The translations under genes were made by a program, and so were the position numbers. The notes beneath the pieces are model-generated. The model did not search any database. It was not told the DNA's origin and worked only from the letters and a program-made list of their open reading frames with translations. From Actinomycetota bacterium (GTDB lineage: Bacteria > Actinomycetota > Actinomycetes > S36-B12), in NCBI GenBank assembly GCA_030650795.1, contig JAUSDJ010000031.1, positions 153,123 to 217,122 of the forward strand: a DNA stretch of 64,000 nt, in the 5' to 3' direction. Shown here piece by piece: positions 1 through 9,473 of this stretch (its first letter is position 1; the number at the start of each line of letters is the position of its first letter).

Positions 1-1
1 G

Positions 2-748
2 TCACAGGCACGCGGACCGCTGCTGGCTCTCTCTGACCTCGATCGCGAACGCGGGTTCAACTACTTCGCGGAGCTGGGCATGACTCCAGCCGACTGGTTC
101 GTGACACTCCATGTGCGATCCGATCCGAAGTCAGGGCAGGAGTACGGACGCAATGCGAATGTGCATGACTATGCGCAAGCCATAGACGCGATCACTGCAC
201 AGGGTGGTTGGGTGATTCGTCTGGGATCCGCTGACATGCCTGCGCTCGCCGCTCGGCCGCACCTCATTGATCTGAGCCTTGATCCACACCGACCCAATTG
301 GGTTGATGTCTTCGCCATCGGCGGCTGCAAGTTCTTCATCGGCACCACCTCCGGGCCACATGCGGCCGCATCAAGCTTCGGCAGACCTGTACTTCTCACC
401 AATGCAACGGGAATCGGGTTCTCGCCATACATGCATCACACACGAGTCATCCCGAAGTTGCTTCGCCGCCAAGGTTCCGGGCAGGTGATGTCCATTCCCG
501 AATTTGCTCAGTCGGGCGCGGCCTTGGTCGACGGCCACCTGCCTGCCGATCTGAGTCATGGCTCGGACCCGTGGGTTTGGCGTGACAACTCTCCAGTTGA
601 GTTGCGCGAGGCCACGCAGGAAATGCTGAATGGCGAGTTCGAACACCCTTCCGATGAACAGCAACGTGCCTACCAGCAGTTGATGCTTCAACTCGGAAGC
701 CTCGCAGCTAGCGCACCGAGCCCTTTCTTCCTTCGGCAGCATCAATAG
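2..748 (+). CDS. putative glycosyltransferase, TIGR04372-like (5' end lies outside window)
   Basis: Reading frame is open from nt 2, with no stop before the listed Met at 80. Aligns by eye with the C-terminal half of ORF 1889-3325: WFVTLHVRS/WFVAMHLRE, GGWVIRLGS/GGFVIRIGN, FFIGTTSGP/FMIGTTSGP, PVLLTN/PVLSTN. Family name is from memory, not searched. Confidence 0.6.
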   Translation, partial: SQARGPLLALSDLDRERGFNYFAELGMTPADWFVTLHVRSDPKSGQEYGRNANVHDYAQAIDAITAQGGWVIRLGSADMPALAARPHLIDLSLDPHRPNWVDVFAIGGCKFFIGTTSGPHAAASSFGRPVLLTNATGIGFSPYMHHTRVIPKLLRRQGSGQVMSIPEFAQSGAALVDGHLPADLSHGSDPWVWRDNSPVELREATQEMLNGEFEHPSDEQQRAYQQLMLQLGSLAASAPSPFFLRQHQ

Positions 749-799
749 CACTGTTTGATCTGTCGCTCGCCTTGTCAGAGCAACGGGTAAGTAGGGTTA

Positions 800-1768
800 T
801 TGACGATGACTGCAACGCAAGCACCGACGCCTGCTGTCCTGCTCATGGTCTTCAATCGCCCGGCCCAAACTGAGCAAGCGGTGTACGCGCTTCTGCGCGA
901 AAAGCCCGCTCGCCTCTACGTGAGTGGTGATGGTCCGCGCACAGGGAATCCGACGGACCAATCCTTGATTGCTGAGGTCTGGCGAATCATTCGATCTGTG
1001 CCCTGGGAGTGCGAAGTCTTCGAACGACAGCTCACCGAGAACATCGGTTGCGGCCCGGGCGTGCGCAGCGGTATCGATTGGTTCTTCGCCTCGGAGGAGC
1101 GCGGGCTGATAGTCGAGGATGACGTGGTCCTTGGTCCAGGCGCTCTTGCGCTCGCCGGGCAGTTGTTCGATATCGGTGAATCGAGCCCAGACATTGGCGC
1201 AATTTCGCTGCTCAACTGTGTCCCAGATGCACAGTTGCGCGATCCGCAGGCTTCCTATCGACGTTCGATCTTCTCCTCCTCCCAGGGCTGGGGCACTTGG
1301 GCACCGATCTGGCAGCGCTCTGCTCGATCACTTGATCAGTGGCGGACCTGGCTCCCCCCCGCGCGACTTCGGGCCATTGGCGGTCGGCATTTCCAGCAGC
1401 GTTGGCAAGGGATATTGGACACCGATTACGCCAGTGGAGCGCTGACGTGGGACTACACATGGCAGGCCGCATTGTGGGCGGCTGGTCTGGACACACTCGT
1501 CGCCAATCGCAACCTCATCGCCAACACCGGGTTTACCCCTGATGCCTCGTTCTCGATTGTCCCACCGTCGTGGTGGCCGCATGAAATTCAGGGCTGGGAA
1601 CCGCCAATGATCGCACCGCCCGCGGATATCTTGGATGCGCACGCTGAGAAGTGGGAGGCCAATCATCGCTATCAAGTCTCTGCACTGTTCGGCCTGCGCA
1701 GTTGGACAGCCAACCGAATCCCGCGTGTGACTGCTGCATATCGAAATCGGCGTTACCGAAGTTCCTGA
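800..1768 (+). CDS. GT-A fold glycosyltransferase (GNT-I-like, EDD motif)
   Basis: 322-aa ORF. N-terminal LLMVFNRP beta-strand start and an IVEDDVVLGP (EDD/DxD-type) motif typical of GT-A nucleotide-diphospho-sugar transferases. TTG at 800, alternative ATG at 806. Confidence 0.5.
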   Translation: MTMTATQAPTPAVLLMVFNRPAQTEQAVYALLREKPARLYVSGDGPRTGNPTDQSLIAEVWRIIRSVPWECEVFERQLTENIGCGPGVRSGIDWFFASEERGLIVEDDVVLGPGALALAGQLFDIGESSPDIGAISLLNCVPDAQLRDPQASYRRSIFSSSQGWGTWAPIWQRSARSLDQWRTWLPPARLRAIGGRHFQQRWQGILDTDYASGALTWDYTWQAALWAAGLDTLVANRNLIANTGFTPDASFSIVPPSWWPHEIQGWEPPMIAPPADILDAHAEKWEANHRYQVSALFGLRSWTANRIPRVTAAYRNRRYRSS

Positions 1769-1888
1769 GGAATCCTCGACATTACAGCGAGACCAGGGTT
1801 GCATGAATCTGACGACCTCGCGGCGTGCGATCTGAGGTCTCGACTACTGCAGCTGCAGCAATACGCACCGCGGCCTTGATCGGCACGC

Positions 1889-3325
1889 TCACACCAAACC
1901 GGGATGACGATCAATGAAGGACTGCGCAATCCGCGCGGTGCCATTGCTGCCAGCAGCCTCAACTAGCATGCGCCAACTTCGCTGGCCTTCGGACTCCTCT
2001 GGTGGCCAGTCTTGCAGCATCTCGTCTACCGCCGCTGCCAGCTCTTCGGGAGAATTCTCAACCCACTGATATCCATTACGGCCACGTTGGTCGACGATCT
2101 CGCCGATGTAGGCATCCGTCCAGGCGAAAGGCGAATCGAGCATTTGAGCAAGGCTCATCGGAGCTTCTTCGCCATGTGCAATCAGCTTTGGCAGGCACAG
2201 TGATCTGGGGTAGTAGACGGCTTTGGCAATCTCTGGTGTATTGGTCGAGAGCACCGGCACACCGAAATTGGGCGCGATGTTCAGCGGCCCTGAAGTTGTG
2301 CCGATCATGAAGCGCGCTGCCGCAATAGCATAGATATCCATCCACGGATCCGGATCGGATGCATGTGCATAGTCGACGAGCCCAGCCATCTTTGGCAGCG
2401 GCGTAGCCGTGCGGTTGCCGATGCGGATCACAAATCCGCCAGCGTCGATAACCCTTTGTGCCGCAAGCAGATAGGACTTGACTTCGACATTGCGGCCGTA
2501 GCCAGGCTGGTTCAATCGATTCTCACGCAGATGCATGGCCACGAACCAATCGCCTGGGCCTAGCCCGAATCCTGCAAGCAGCCGTACTCCACGCTGGTGA
2601 TCGGCCGCAGTGAGTTCAAGGAGTGGCCCACGGCCCTGGGCCTCCCAGAGCTTGGAGTAGTGATTGTGGGCCTTGATGTAGTCCATCGATCCCTGCAAAG
2701 TTCGGACCGAATAGAAGGACTCCATCAACGGCCAAAGCGCATTCTCAAGAGAGCGAGTTGCGGAAGCAGTTGTCTGCACAACGGGGAAATATCGGCTCCA
2801 GAAACTGAGGAAGTCGACATTCGCAGCACCCCCAGTCAGAAGGCAATAAGCCTCAACAGGATTTTCTCCCAACTCGATCATTCGGGCCCGGATTGCCAAA
2901 CCCAAAGCCGTGTGCCCAATTGCTCCCGTGATGCTCTGGCCAATTAATCGCTGGTGAAGTGGATCAATCCCGAGAACTCTGGCTTGAGCATCCTCGATGC
3001 CGTCAGCTTGCGCAAAGGCATTGACTTCTAAGGCCCGATCGGCGGTTTTGAATGCCACATTCCACAGCTGATTCCTCTGCTCCAGAGGATTGTCGATCGC
3101 GACTTCTGCTTCACCCCGCGCACGTGCAAGCTCTGCCCTGGTCTCCAACAGGGATTCATGTCGGTCACGCAACAGTTGCGCGAGAACAAAGAACCGACCA
3201 CGAACGGCCAAACTCACAACGATGGCCACGAACGACCAACTGACCGCAATAAGTGCTGCGACAACGGCCACCAGAGTCCGAAGTCGCTGCATGAGACGAT
3301 GCCTACTGATGGCCGACCCCCGCAA
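1889..3325 (-). CDS. membrane-anchored putative glycosyltransferase, TIGR04372-like
   Basis: 478-aa ORF. N-terminal TM helix (LVAVVAALIAVSWSFVAIVVSLAV) and a coiled region. C-terminal half is paralogous to ORF 2-748 and carries a GT-B-like IGTTSGP...GVPVL motif. Confidence 0.6.
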   Translation of the reverse strand: MRGSAISRHRLMQRLRTLVAVVAALIAVSWSFVAIVVSLAVRGRFFVLAQLLRDRHESLLETRAELARARGEAEVAIDNPLEQRNQLWNVAFKTADRALEVNAFAQADGIEDAQARVLGIDPLHQRLIGQSITGAIGHTALGLAIRARMIELGENPVEAYCLLTGGAANVDFLSFWSRYFPVVQTTASATRSLENALWPLMESFYSVRTLQGSMDYIKAHNHYSKLWEAQGRGPLLELTAADHQRGVRLLAGFGLGPGDWFVAMHLRENRLNQPGYGRNVEVKSYLLAAQRVIDAGGFVIRIGNRTATPLPKMAGLVDYAHASDPDPWMDIYAIAAARFMIGTTSGPLNIAPNFGVPVLSTNTPEIAKAVYYPRSLCLPKLIAHGEEAPMSLAQMLDSPFAWTDAYIGEIVDQRGRNGYQWVENSPEELAAAVDEMLQDWPPEESEGQRSWRMLVEAAGSNGTARIAQSFIDRHPGLV

Positions 3326-3365
3326 TTGCGTGGTTGTCCCGAAGCAGCCAGATCACCGAATCATC

Positions 3366-4064
3366 CTAGAACTGCTCGAGTTCACGGGCCTTTACCAAGG
3401 ACTCCAGAGTGCCGATGTCGATCACCTGAGTCGACATCTTGAGCACATTGATGCGCCCGAGAAGCAAGGGAATCAGATCTCGGCTGATATCAGCCGAGTC
3501 AGGCGGGAGCTGTTCAATTGCGTCAACGATCATCGGCGAGAACGCAAAGGTTGCCGCACTTGCCAGCGCCGTTGGCGGGTTCACCACTTTCTCGTGGAAG
3601 CCAATGACGACCCGGCGGTCATCCAGTTCCACGACCCCGAATGCGCTGGGATCATCAGCGATGAACGTAAGCATCGTCATATCGACGCCGCGAGGTCGCT
3701 CCTGGAATGCGAGTCGAAGTTCGGTGAGATCGAAGTCGAAGTAGTTGTCAGCATGCAACACCATGCCGTCTGATCCTTGGAAGAAATCCCAATTTCGTCG
3801 AAGGGTTCCAGCGGTGCCAAGCAGCATTGGTTCGTGCGTGAGTTGAATTGCATCACGCCACTCACTTGAGCCAACCCATTCGCGAACCTGTGACTCAAGA
3901 TGATGGGTATTGATCAAGAACTCAGTTACCCCGGCGGCAGACAGCTGCCGCAAGAGGCGTCCGAGGATGGGCTCTCCCCCTACTTCAACAAGACACTTCG
4001 GCACCGATTTGGTCAGTTCCCCGAGGCGCGTGCCAAGACCAGCGGCCAAGAGCAGTGCCCTCAC
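3366..4064 (-). CDS. sugar-1-phosphate nucleotidyltransferase (HddC/GmhD-like NTP_transferase)
   Basis: N-terminus MRALLLAAGLGTRLGELTKSVPKCL matches the LAAGxGTRL signature of sugar-phosphate nucleotidyltransferases. The GTG start overlaps the upstream stop (GTGA at 4061-4064). Confidence 0.75.
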   Translation of the reverse strand: MRALLLAAGLGTRLGELTKSVPKCLVEVGGEPILGRLLRQLSAAGVTEFLINTHHLESQVREWVGSSEWRDAIQLTHEPMLLGTAGTLRRNWDFFQGSDGMVLHADNYFDFDLTELRLAFQERPRGVDMTMLTFIADDPSAFGVVELDDRRVVIGFHEKVVNPPTALASAATFAFSPMIVDAIEQLPPDSADISRDLIPLLLGRINVLKMSTQVIDIGTLESLVKARELEQF

Positions 4065-5497
4065 TGTTTGAGCACACCTTGGATGTCGGCGATGGCCAAC
4101 GGCGTATTGCCAATGCGCGAGACCTGAATTGCCGATGCCACCGAACCGAGGACAGCTGCCTCCATGCCCGAGGCGCCACAGGCGATCGCCAAGGCGCTGA
4201 CCACCAGCATCGAATCACCCGCGCCGGCCACATCGAAGGGCCGCTGATTCAGCGCAGCAACCTGATCGGTGATCGCCGGCTCATCAGTGTCCTGCCCGCG
4301 AATCAGCACTCCGTCTCCACCAAGAGTCAAGAACACGAGTCGGGCCTGGGCCAGCTCGCGCAGTTCATCAGCGAGCACCACCAGACCATCATCGCTATTG
4401 CGCGTAGCCAACCGCGCCTCGCGCTCAGTGGGAGTGATCAGGTGCATGCCCTTGAAGCGGGCCACGTTGCCGACCTGCGAGGAGGACTGGCTGTCGGCCG
4501 CAAGCACGATGCCATCGGCTTGGGCGTCGCTGCAGATGCGCGCGACTACAGCTTGCGGCAGGCATCCGTAATTGAAATCTGAGAATATCAGGACATCGGC
4601 GTTGGACAGTTGCTTGTGCACTTCATCGCCGAGTTGCTGCTGAAGTTGCTCGGCAATCGGACCCTGTTGCAGATGACTCACTCGCAGCAAGGTCTTGCCC
4701 GCCGCGCGATAACGCTGCTTCAACGTGGTTGGCCTGTTGGCGTCTTCAATGAGCGTGGTCTCAACGCCGCAGTCCTGGAGGGATGCGCGGATGAACTCGG
4801 CAGTGTCGTCAGCGCCGACCACACTGAACAGCGCGGAGCGGCTGCCAAGCCCAGCGGCGTGAGCAGCAACGATTCCGGCACCGCCCAGGAACAACTCACT
4901 GTCGATGGGAGTCACCACGACAGTTGGATCCTCCTGGGACATTCCTAGTGCATGGCAGGAGATGTACTCATCGGCCATCACGTCGCCGACAACGACAACG
5001 CTGCGTTGCTTGAAGTCCTCAAGAATTCCAAGCAATCGATCAGCGGTGATCCCGTGGCGTTCCATGAAGGCCATCGGCAGGCGCACCTGTGCCCGTTCCA
5101 CAATTCCGCCGTCAAGCCCGAGGTAATCCTCACCGTCGACGAACACCTCACCCGAGCCGAATAGCAGGCTGCCGCCGTAACTGTCGACCACATCCTTCTC
5201 AAGATTCCACCCGAGCTCATGCTCGCGACCCTTGACCACCACGTCGGGCTTGAGATCCAGAATGACATCTTCCAAGGGCTCCTCGATGAGAAATGCCTCG
5301 TCAACAAATCGCAGGCTTCGCACGCCTTCAAGCCGATCGCGCTCGCGAACACTGGCGGCTGACCCGGCCAGTTGGTCACTCAGGATTCCCACGACAAGGG
5401 TGCCCCGCAATTCCTTGGCAAATCGCAGCAGTCGCATGTGCCCTGGGTGGACCACATTGAATACCCCGGATACGAAGGCAGTTCCCGACTCAGGCAC
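4061..5497 (-). CDS. bifunctional cytidylyltransferase-like / PfkB sugar kinase (HldE/RfaE-like, domains in reversed order)
   Basis: N-terminus FVSGVFNVVHPGHMRLLRFAKE is the HxGH nucleotidyltransferase motif. C-terminal 310 aa is ribokinase/PfkB-like (VVVVGDVMADEY ... DVAGAGDSML). AAGGAG lies 6 nt upstream of GTG 5497; the ORF track starts at TTG 5503. Confidence 0.75.
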   Translation of the reverse strand: MPESGTAFVSGVFNVVHPGHMRLLRFAKELRGTLVVGILSDQLAGSAASVRERDRLEGVRSLRFVDEAFLIEEPLEDVILDLKPDVVVKGREHELGWNLEKDVVDSYGGSLLFGSGEVFVDGEDYLGLDGGIVERAQVRLPMAFMERHGITADRLLGILEDFKQRSVVVVGDVMADEYISCHALGMSQEDPTVVVTPIDSELFLGGAGIVAAHAAGLGSRSALFSVVGADDTAEFIRASLQDCGVETTLIEDANRPTTLKQRYRAAGKTLLRVSHLQQGPIAEQLQQQLGDEVHKQLSNADVLIFSDFNYGCLPQAVVARICSDAQADGIVLAADSQSSSQVGNVARFKGMHLITPTEREARLATRNSDDGLVVLADELRELAQARLVFLTLGGDGVLIRGQDTDEPAITDQVAALNQRPFDVAGAGDSMLVVSALAIACGASGMEAAVLGSVASAIQVSRIGNTPLAIADIQGVLKQ

Positions 5498-6557
5498 CTG
5501 CAACTCCTTGGGGTCTCAAATCGATGTAAGGCCGCACAACCGTACCGGCCTCAAGATCAGTGAAGGCTTCACTAATCGAGCCTAGTAAGTAAGAGCGCTC
5601 TAGCAGGATTTCCAGATCAATTCCGAGTTCCTGCACGGCGGTGGCTATGCGCGGGATATCGCGTTCGGGCACGCAGGCCCCGCCCCACGAACCTCGAATG
5701 CTCTTGCCCTGGATCAAATCGTGGGGATCCAGAGAGATCAACTCACCCGCAGCCGGATGCGAGGCGAATACCAAAGAGCCGCTTTTGGGACGCAGGCACG
5801 CGAAGCCGAGTTCGATTGTCTGGATAGATCCCGCGGCCTCCAGGCAGAAATCCGCACCGCCACCAGTCAGATCACGAACAGTGGCGAGGAAATCAACGGC
5901 AGTTGGGTCAAGCACATGACGAGCACCCAGCCTGCTTGCCAAAGCTCGCTTGGCAGCTGAAGGATCAGCCGCGATCACCTGCGCCGGGCACCGACTCAGC
6001 GCCCCAATGAGTGCTGCCATCCCGACGCCGCCAAGTCCAAGCACCAACACTGAGTCGTGCGAACCCAGGTCAATCTCATTGATCGCCATTCCGGCTCCAG
6101 TTAGCAACGCACAGCCGTAAAGCACCGCCGATGGTCCAGTAATCACCGATGGTTGCGGATAGACGCGGCTTTCAGCTGCCACCACGTATTCGCTGAACGT
6201 GGTCACTGGCCCGGAATTGACGGGGCCCGCATCAGAACCGTAGATCGCGCCGGGTGCATCAAGCCCCGCACCCTTGATCCAGCCCAGAATGACCTGATCC
6301 CCTGCCGCCACCTTGGTGACACCAGGTCCGGTGTGAATGACCTCGCCGGATCCCTCATGACCAAGAAGATGCGGCAGCCATGCATCTGCCCCGCGGAGAC
6401 CGCGCACTTCCATCAACTGACTTCGGCACACACCGCTGTAGTCCAGGCGAACGAGCACCTGGCCTAGGGCAAGCTCGGGCGCAGCAATCTGTTCAATTGA
6501 CAGTGCGCCACCGAGCTCACGCAGCACTGCTGCCTGAAAGGCGTCGGGCGAACTCAT
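5490..6557 (-). CDS. zinc-dependent alcohol dehydrogenase family oxidoreductase
   Basis: GHEGSGEV zinc-ADH signature and an LGLGGVGMA Rossmann motif. ATG at 6557 overlaps the stop of the upstream GT4 gene (ATGA at 6554-6557). The longer 6605 start adds an implausible MDGHSHSHSQ leader. Confidence 0.75.
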   Translation of the reverse strand: MSSPDAFQAAVLRELGGALSIEQIAAPELALGQVLVRLDYSGVCRSQLMEVRGLRGADAWLPHLLGHEGSGEVIHTGPGVTKVAAGDQVILGWIKGAGLDAPGAIYGSDAGPVNSGPVTTFSEYVVAAESRVYPQPSVITGPSAVLYGCALLTGAGMAINEIDLGSHDSVLVLGLGGVGMAALIGALSRCPAQVIAADPSAAKRALASRLGARHVLDPTAVDFLATVRDLTGGGADFCLEAAGSIQTIELGFACLRPKSGSLVFASHPAAGELISLDPHDLIQGKSIRGSWGGACVPERDIPRIATAVQELGIDLEILLERSYLLGSISEAFTDLEAGTVVRPYIDLRPQGVAGA

Positions 6558-7684
6558 GCGAATGCCAAATATGCATTGGCTGTGGCTGTGGCTGTGGCCA
6601 TCCAAGTGGATTCCTGCGCACGTTCGCGGCCAAGCCCCTGCTTGGCGACTCGATCAACAGAACTGTTGAGCACACTTTCGATCGTGACGGCCAGGCTCTC
6701 GGCATCGCCTGAACTGAAAAACCAGCCAGCATCACCTGCGACCTCATGGAAGATGGGAATGTCCGAGGCGATGAGCGGACAGCCAGCCGCCGCGGCCTCC
6801 AGGAGTGGCAGCCCGAAGCCTTCCATTTCGGACGGGAAGACAAATGCAGTTGCCCGCTGGTACAGCGCAGCGAGCTCGGCATCAGTCGGGGTCAGAGCGC
6901 AAAAGCGATCAGTTCTTGCCGCCGAACCGACCATGGCGAGTTCCTCGTCAGTCACTGGCGCGCCAGCAACAACGAGGCCGATGTCGTGACCCCGATTGCG
7001 CACAAGTTCCAGTGCTGCACACAGCAAGTCAAAACGCTTGTAGAGCGCCCTGGCACCGACGAACAGGAGATACGGAAATGCGATGGGTGCTTGCACCGAT
7101 TCAGTCTGTTCGAAGAACTCCGATCGCACGCCAAGCGGTGTAACCACGACTTTGGCTTCATTGCCTGGCAGCAACTCATTGAAGAGCCCCGCCGTAGTCT
7201 GCGAAATGGCAATAACGAGATCAGCCCGGCTCGCTAGTTCACGTTTGCCGCGATGTGGATCCGCCCAACGCCTCGCTTCTCCCCCAACGGCGAACATGTC
7301 GTATATGGAGACGGCAATGCGGGTGCCGTGCGCAAGATCGGATTTCATCGGGCGGTAGGACGTGGCATGGAGCCAATCGAATTGCTCGGACTTCCCCCGT
7401 GAGCCTGCCCGGTACCGCAGATAACTGTCCTTGATCAGGTCTTCGCTGTTCACCATGCGCGGCACGCCACGCGGCACCAACCGAAGCGTGGGCATCGCCG
7501 CAGTCATCTCGGGCAGGGCAGCAAGCAGGTGCTCATTACTGCAGCGCGAGAACGTCAGGCTCGGCTCAATGCCCAACTCCGGATGATCGGCCAGACATCT
7601 GATCAACTCCGAGAAGTACCGAGTGATACCGCCGCGCTCCTGGCGCACGAACATCTCGCGGTCATATGCCACGCGCATGCTCAT
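6554..7684 (-). CDS. glycosyltransferase family 4 (GT-B, Glycos_transf_1-like)
   Basis: MSMRVAYDREMFVRQERGGITRY start is typical of GT4. C-terminal FVFPSEMEGFGLPLLEAAAAGCPLIASD is the EX7E-type GT4 motif. Start chosen at the Met preceding the conserved N-terminus. Confidence 0.75.
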   Translation of the reverse strand: MSMRVAYDREMFVRQERGGITRYFSELIRCLADHPELGIEPSLTFSRCSNEHLLAALPEMTAAMPTLRLVPRGVPRMVNSEDLIKDSYLRYRAGSRGKSEQFDWLHATSYRPMKSDLAHGTRIAVSIYDMFAVGGEARRWADPHRGKRELASRADLVIAISQTTAGLFNELLPGNEAKVVVTPLGVRSEFFEQTESVQAPIAFPYLLFVGARALYKRFDLLCAALELVRNRGHDIGLVVAGAPVTDEELAMVGSAARTDRFCALTPTDAELAALYQRATAFVFPSEMEGFGLPLLEAAAAGCPLIASDIPIFHEVAGDAGWFFSSGDAESLAVTIESVLNSSVDRVAKQGLGRERAQESTWMATATATANAYLAFA

Positions 7685-7760
7685 CCCCCATCGCTTTGGA
7701 GTCCTCAGTTCCAGACCACTGACCCTGAAGGGCATCATTTCAGTACCCTCGCCATTCCGG

Positions 7761-8576
7761 ATGCAAGCACTAGCCTTCGGCAGGACAACACGTGGGGAGG
7801 TGGTTGTGCAGACGTTCACGCAACGAGCCAAGGACTCCCTTGCTCGACGCACCCAACCCATCCGCGCTCAACTCACCCGGTCCTGGATCTTTCTTGGGCA
7901 CGAATGCCTGGTGGTCATCCGCAATGGCCGCCGAAGCGAGATCGGATCCTTCGTGATCAGCGATGCAATTCTGGCGCAGATCACCCAGGCGTACGAGCTC
8001 TCAACGGTCATCGAGGCCGAGCCAGCAACGGCCGGGCCAAGTTGGAACAGCGCGGATCTGACAGCGCCGGTGTACGCCAAGTTGAATGCCCATCATGTCT
8101 TTCGTGACGGAGTCGAACTGCTTGCTCAGATCGCCCACTTCGCTGAGGTCTACGACCAGCAGATCCGCGGCATCATCAAAAGCCCGTATCGCATTGTGAA
8201 TATTCGGGCCTGGAGCACCCTGCCTGATCGCGAGGATTTTGGTCCAACCGCCTGGCACACGGATGGCTTCGGCCTAGGTCATATGAAGGCGATGATCTAC
8301 CTCCAGCCACTCGACACGGAGCACGGCGGAATTGCAATCCTCGGTCGTGATCTCATCAACGGATCAGCCGGCACCTGCGTCATCTTCGACAATTCAAGCC
8401 TGCGTCATCGCGGGCTGGCGAGCAGCACTACTGATCGACCAGTGATCGAGGTGACATTGCAGCGTTTGATGAAGCCACCTGCAAGCAAGGCCCCACTGGT
8501 GGGCACCAATAACGACCGGCATATGAAGAGACCCACGTATGCTTACAAGGCCGAGGTCCCGGGGATGCGTACGTGA
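7761..8576 (+). CDS. Fe(II)/2-oxoglutarate oxygenase-like protein (PhyH-like)
   Basis: WHTDGFG (HxD) followed downstream by FDNSSLRHRG (distal His, Arg). Start is uncertain: the ORF opens at 7623 but overlaps the divergent GT4 gene, so the first internal ATG at 7761 is used. Confidence 0.45.
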   Translation: MQALAFGRTTRGEVVVQTFTQRAKDSLARRTQPIRAQLTRSWIFLGHECLVVIRNGRRSEIGSFVISDAILAQITQAYELSTVIEAEPATAGPSWNSADLTAPVYAKLNAHHVFRDGVELLAQIAHFAEVYDQQIRGIIKSPYRIVNIRAWSTLPDREDFGPTAWHTDGFGLGHMKAMIYLQPLDTEHGGIAILGRDLINGSAGTCVIFDNSSLRHRGLASSTTDRPVIEVTLQRLMKPPASKAPLVGTNNDRHMKRPTYAYKAEVPGMRT

Positions 8577-9466
8577 ACGATGGTGTCGCACATCAACTTG
8601 GGCGGGCCAGAAATCTGCTTCGAGAGCCAAGCCTGCTATTTGGGCATCCCAAATGGATCAATGGCCCAGCATCACTGCGATTCCGGGTGAAAAGACTGCT
8701 CACGCCTGCGCACAATCTGAATATCGGCAGCGGGCAGCGGCGCTGGCCGGGGTGGATCTGTCTTGATGAGTTCCATGACCTCGGCACGATCTCGATTGTC
8801 TTTGACGAACGATCTAAGTTCCCGGTGGCAAGCAATTCGATGTCCCTTGCCTACTCCTCCCATTTTCTCGAGCACATTGCCGACGAGGTAGTCGACCAAA
8901 TCTTGCGCGAGACCTTCCGTTGCCTTCAAGTTGGTGATGGATTGCTCCTCAAGATTCCAGATTTCGATATGTTCCTGAATGCCTTTTGCGAAGGCAGGCA
9001 TGAGGTGCTCGACTACATCGGATCTGAATCAGTGGCCTGGACTTGGGCCACTCATCAGGTAGAGGACACTCCAGCCAATCGCCTCTCCATGATGTTTTGC
9101 GGCTACATGAATGAGCAGTACGGCACGCACTTCATCGAGATTCAAGGTCCGCGGAGCTCCGGCAGTTATCACGGCCCGGTACCAATGAATCAAGACGAAC
9201 TCAACGACCTGTTGCTGCATGCAACTTCGGCGCACGCCTTGGCGAAGCAACTTCGGGAGCGCTCGCTCGTGCTAGGAGAAGTCTTCCGATTCAATCACCA
9301 GAATGCTTGGGGTCGGGCAGAATTATTCGCGCTGTTGCGCGAGCACGGTTTTGAAGTTGAGGAACTCGATGATCTGGCCTTAGCCGGATTTGCAACGCGA
9401 ATACCTGATCTTGATCAGTACCGGTCATGGAGCATCTACGTGTTTGCGCGCAAGCCAAAGCCCTGA
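8573..9466 (+). CDS. class I SAM-dependent methyltransferase
   Basis: LNIGSGQRRWPGWICLDE (motif I-like) and SMSLAYSSHFLEHI ... LQVGDGLLLKIPD. The GTG start overlaps the upstream stop (GTGA at 8573-8576). Confidence 0.6.
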   Translation: MNDGVAHQLGRARNLLREPSLLFGHPKWINGPASLRFRVKRLLTPAHNLNIGSGQRRWPGWICLDEFHDLGTISIVFDERSKFPVASNSMSLAYSSHFLEHIADEVVDQILRETFRCLQVGDGLLLKIPDFDMFLNAFCEGRHEVLDYIGSESVAWTWATHQVEDTPANRLSMMFCGYMNEQYGTHFIEIQGPRSSGSYHGPVPMNQDELNDLLLHATSAHALAKQLRERSLVLGEVFRFNHQNAWGRAELFALLREHGFEVEELDDLALAGFATRIPDLDQYRSWSIYVFARKPKP

Positions 9467-9473
9467 ATCAGGC

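Noticed and set aside
3090-3773. 227-aa plus-strand ORF.
   Set aside because: Overlaps two well-supported minus-strand genes (the TIGR04372-like N-terminus and the nucleotidyltransferase). No motifs are present.
6577-6598. (TGGCTG)x3.6 hexanucleotide repeat, considered as a phase-variation tract.
   Set aside because: The unit length is a multiple of three and it encodes ATATATA near the GT4 C-terminus. Slippage would not shift the frame, so it is noted only as a minor SSR.
5490-6605. Longer version of the alcohol dehydrogenase ORF, starting MDGHSHSHSQCIFGIR.
   Set aside because: The extension is the reverse reading of the upstream GT4 gene's C-terminus, which is a hexanucleotide repeat. ATG 6557 gives an ATGA stop/start overlap and a normal ADH N-terminus.
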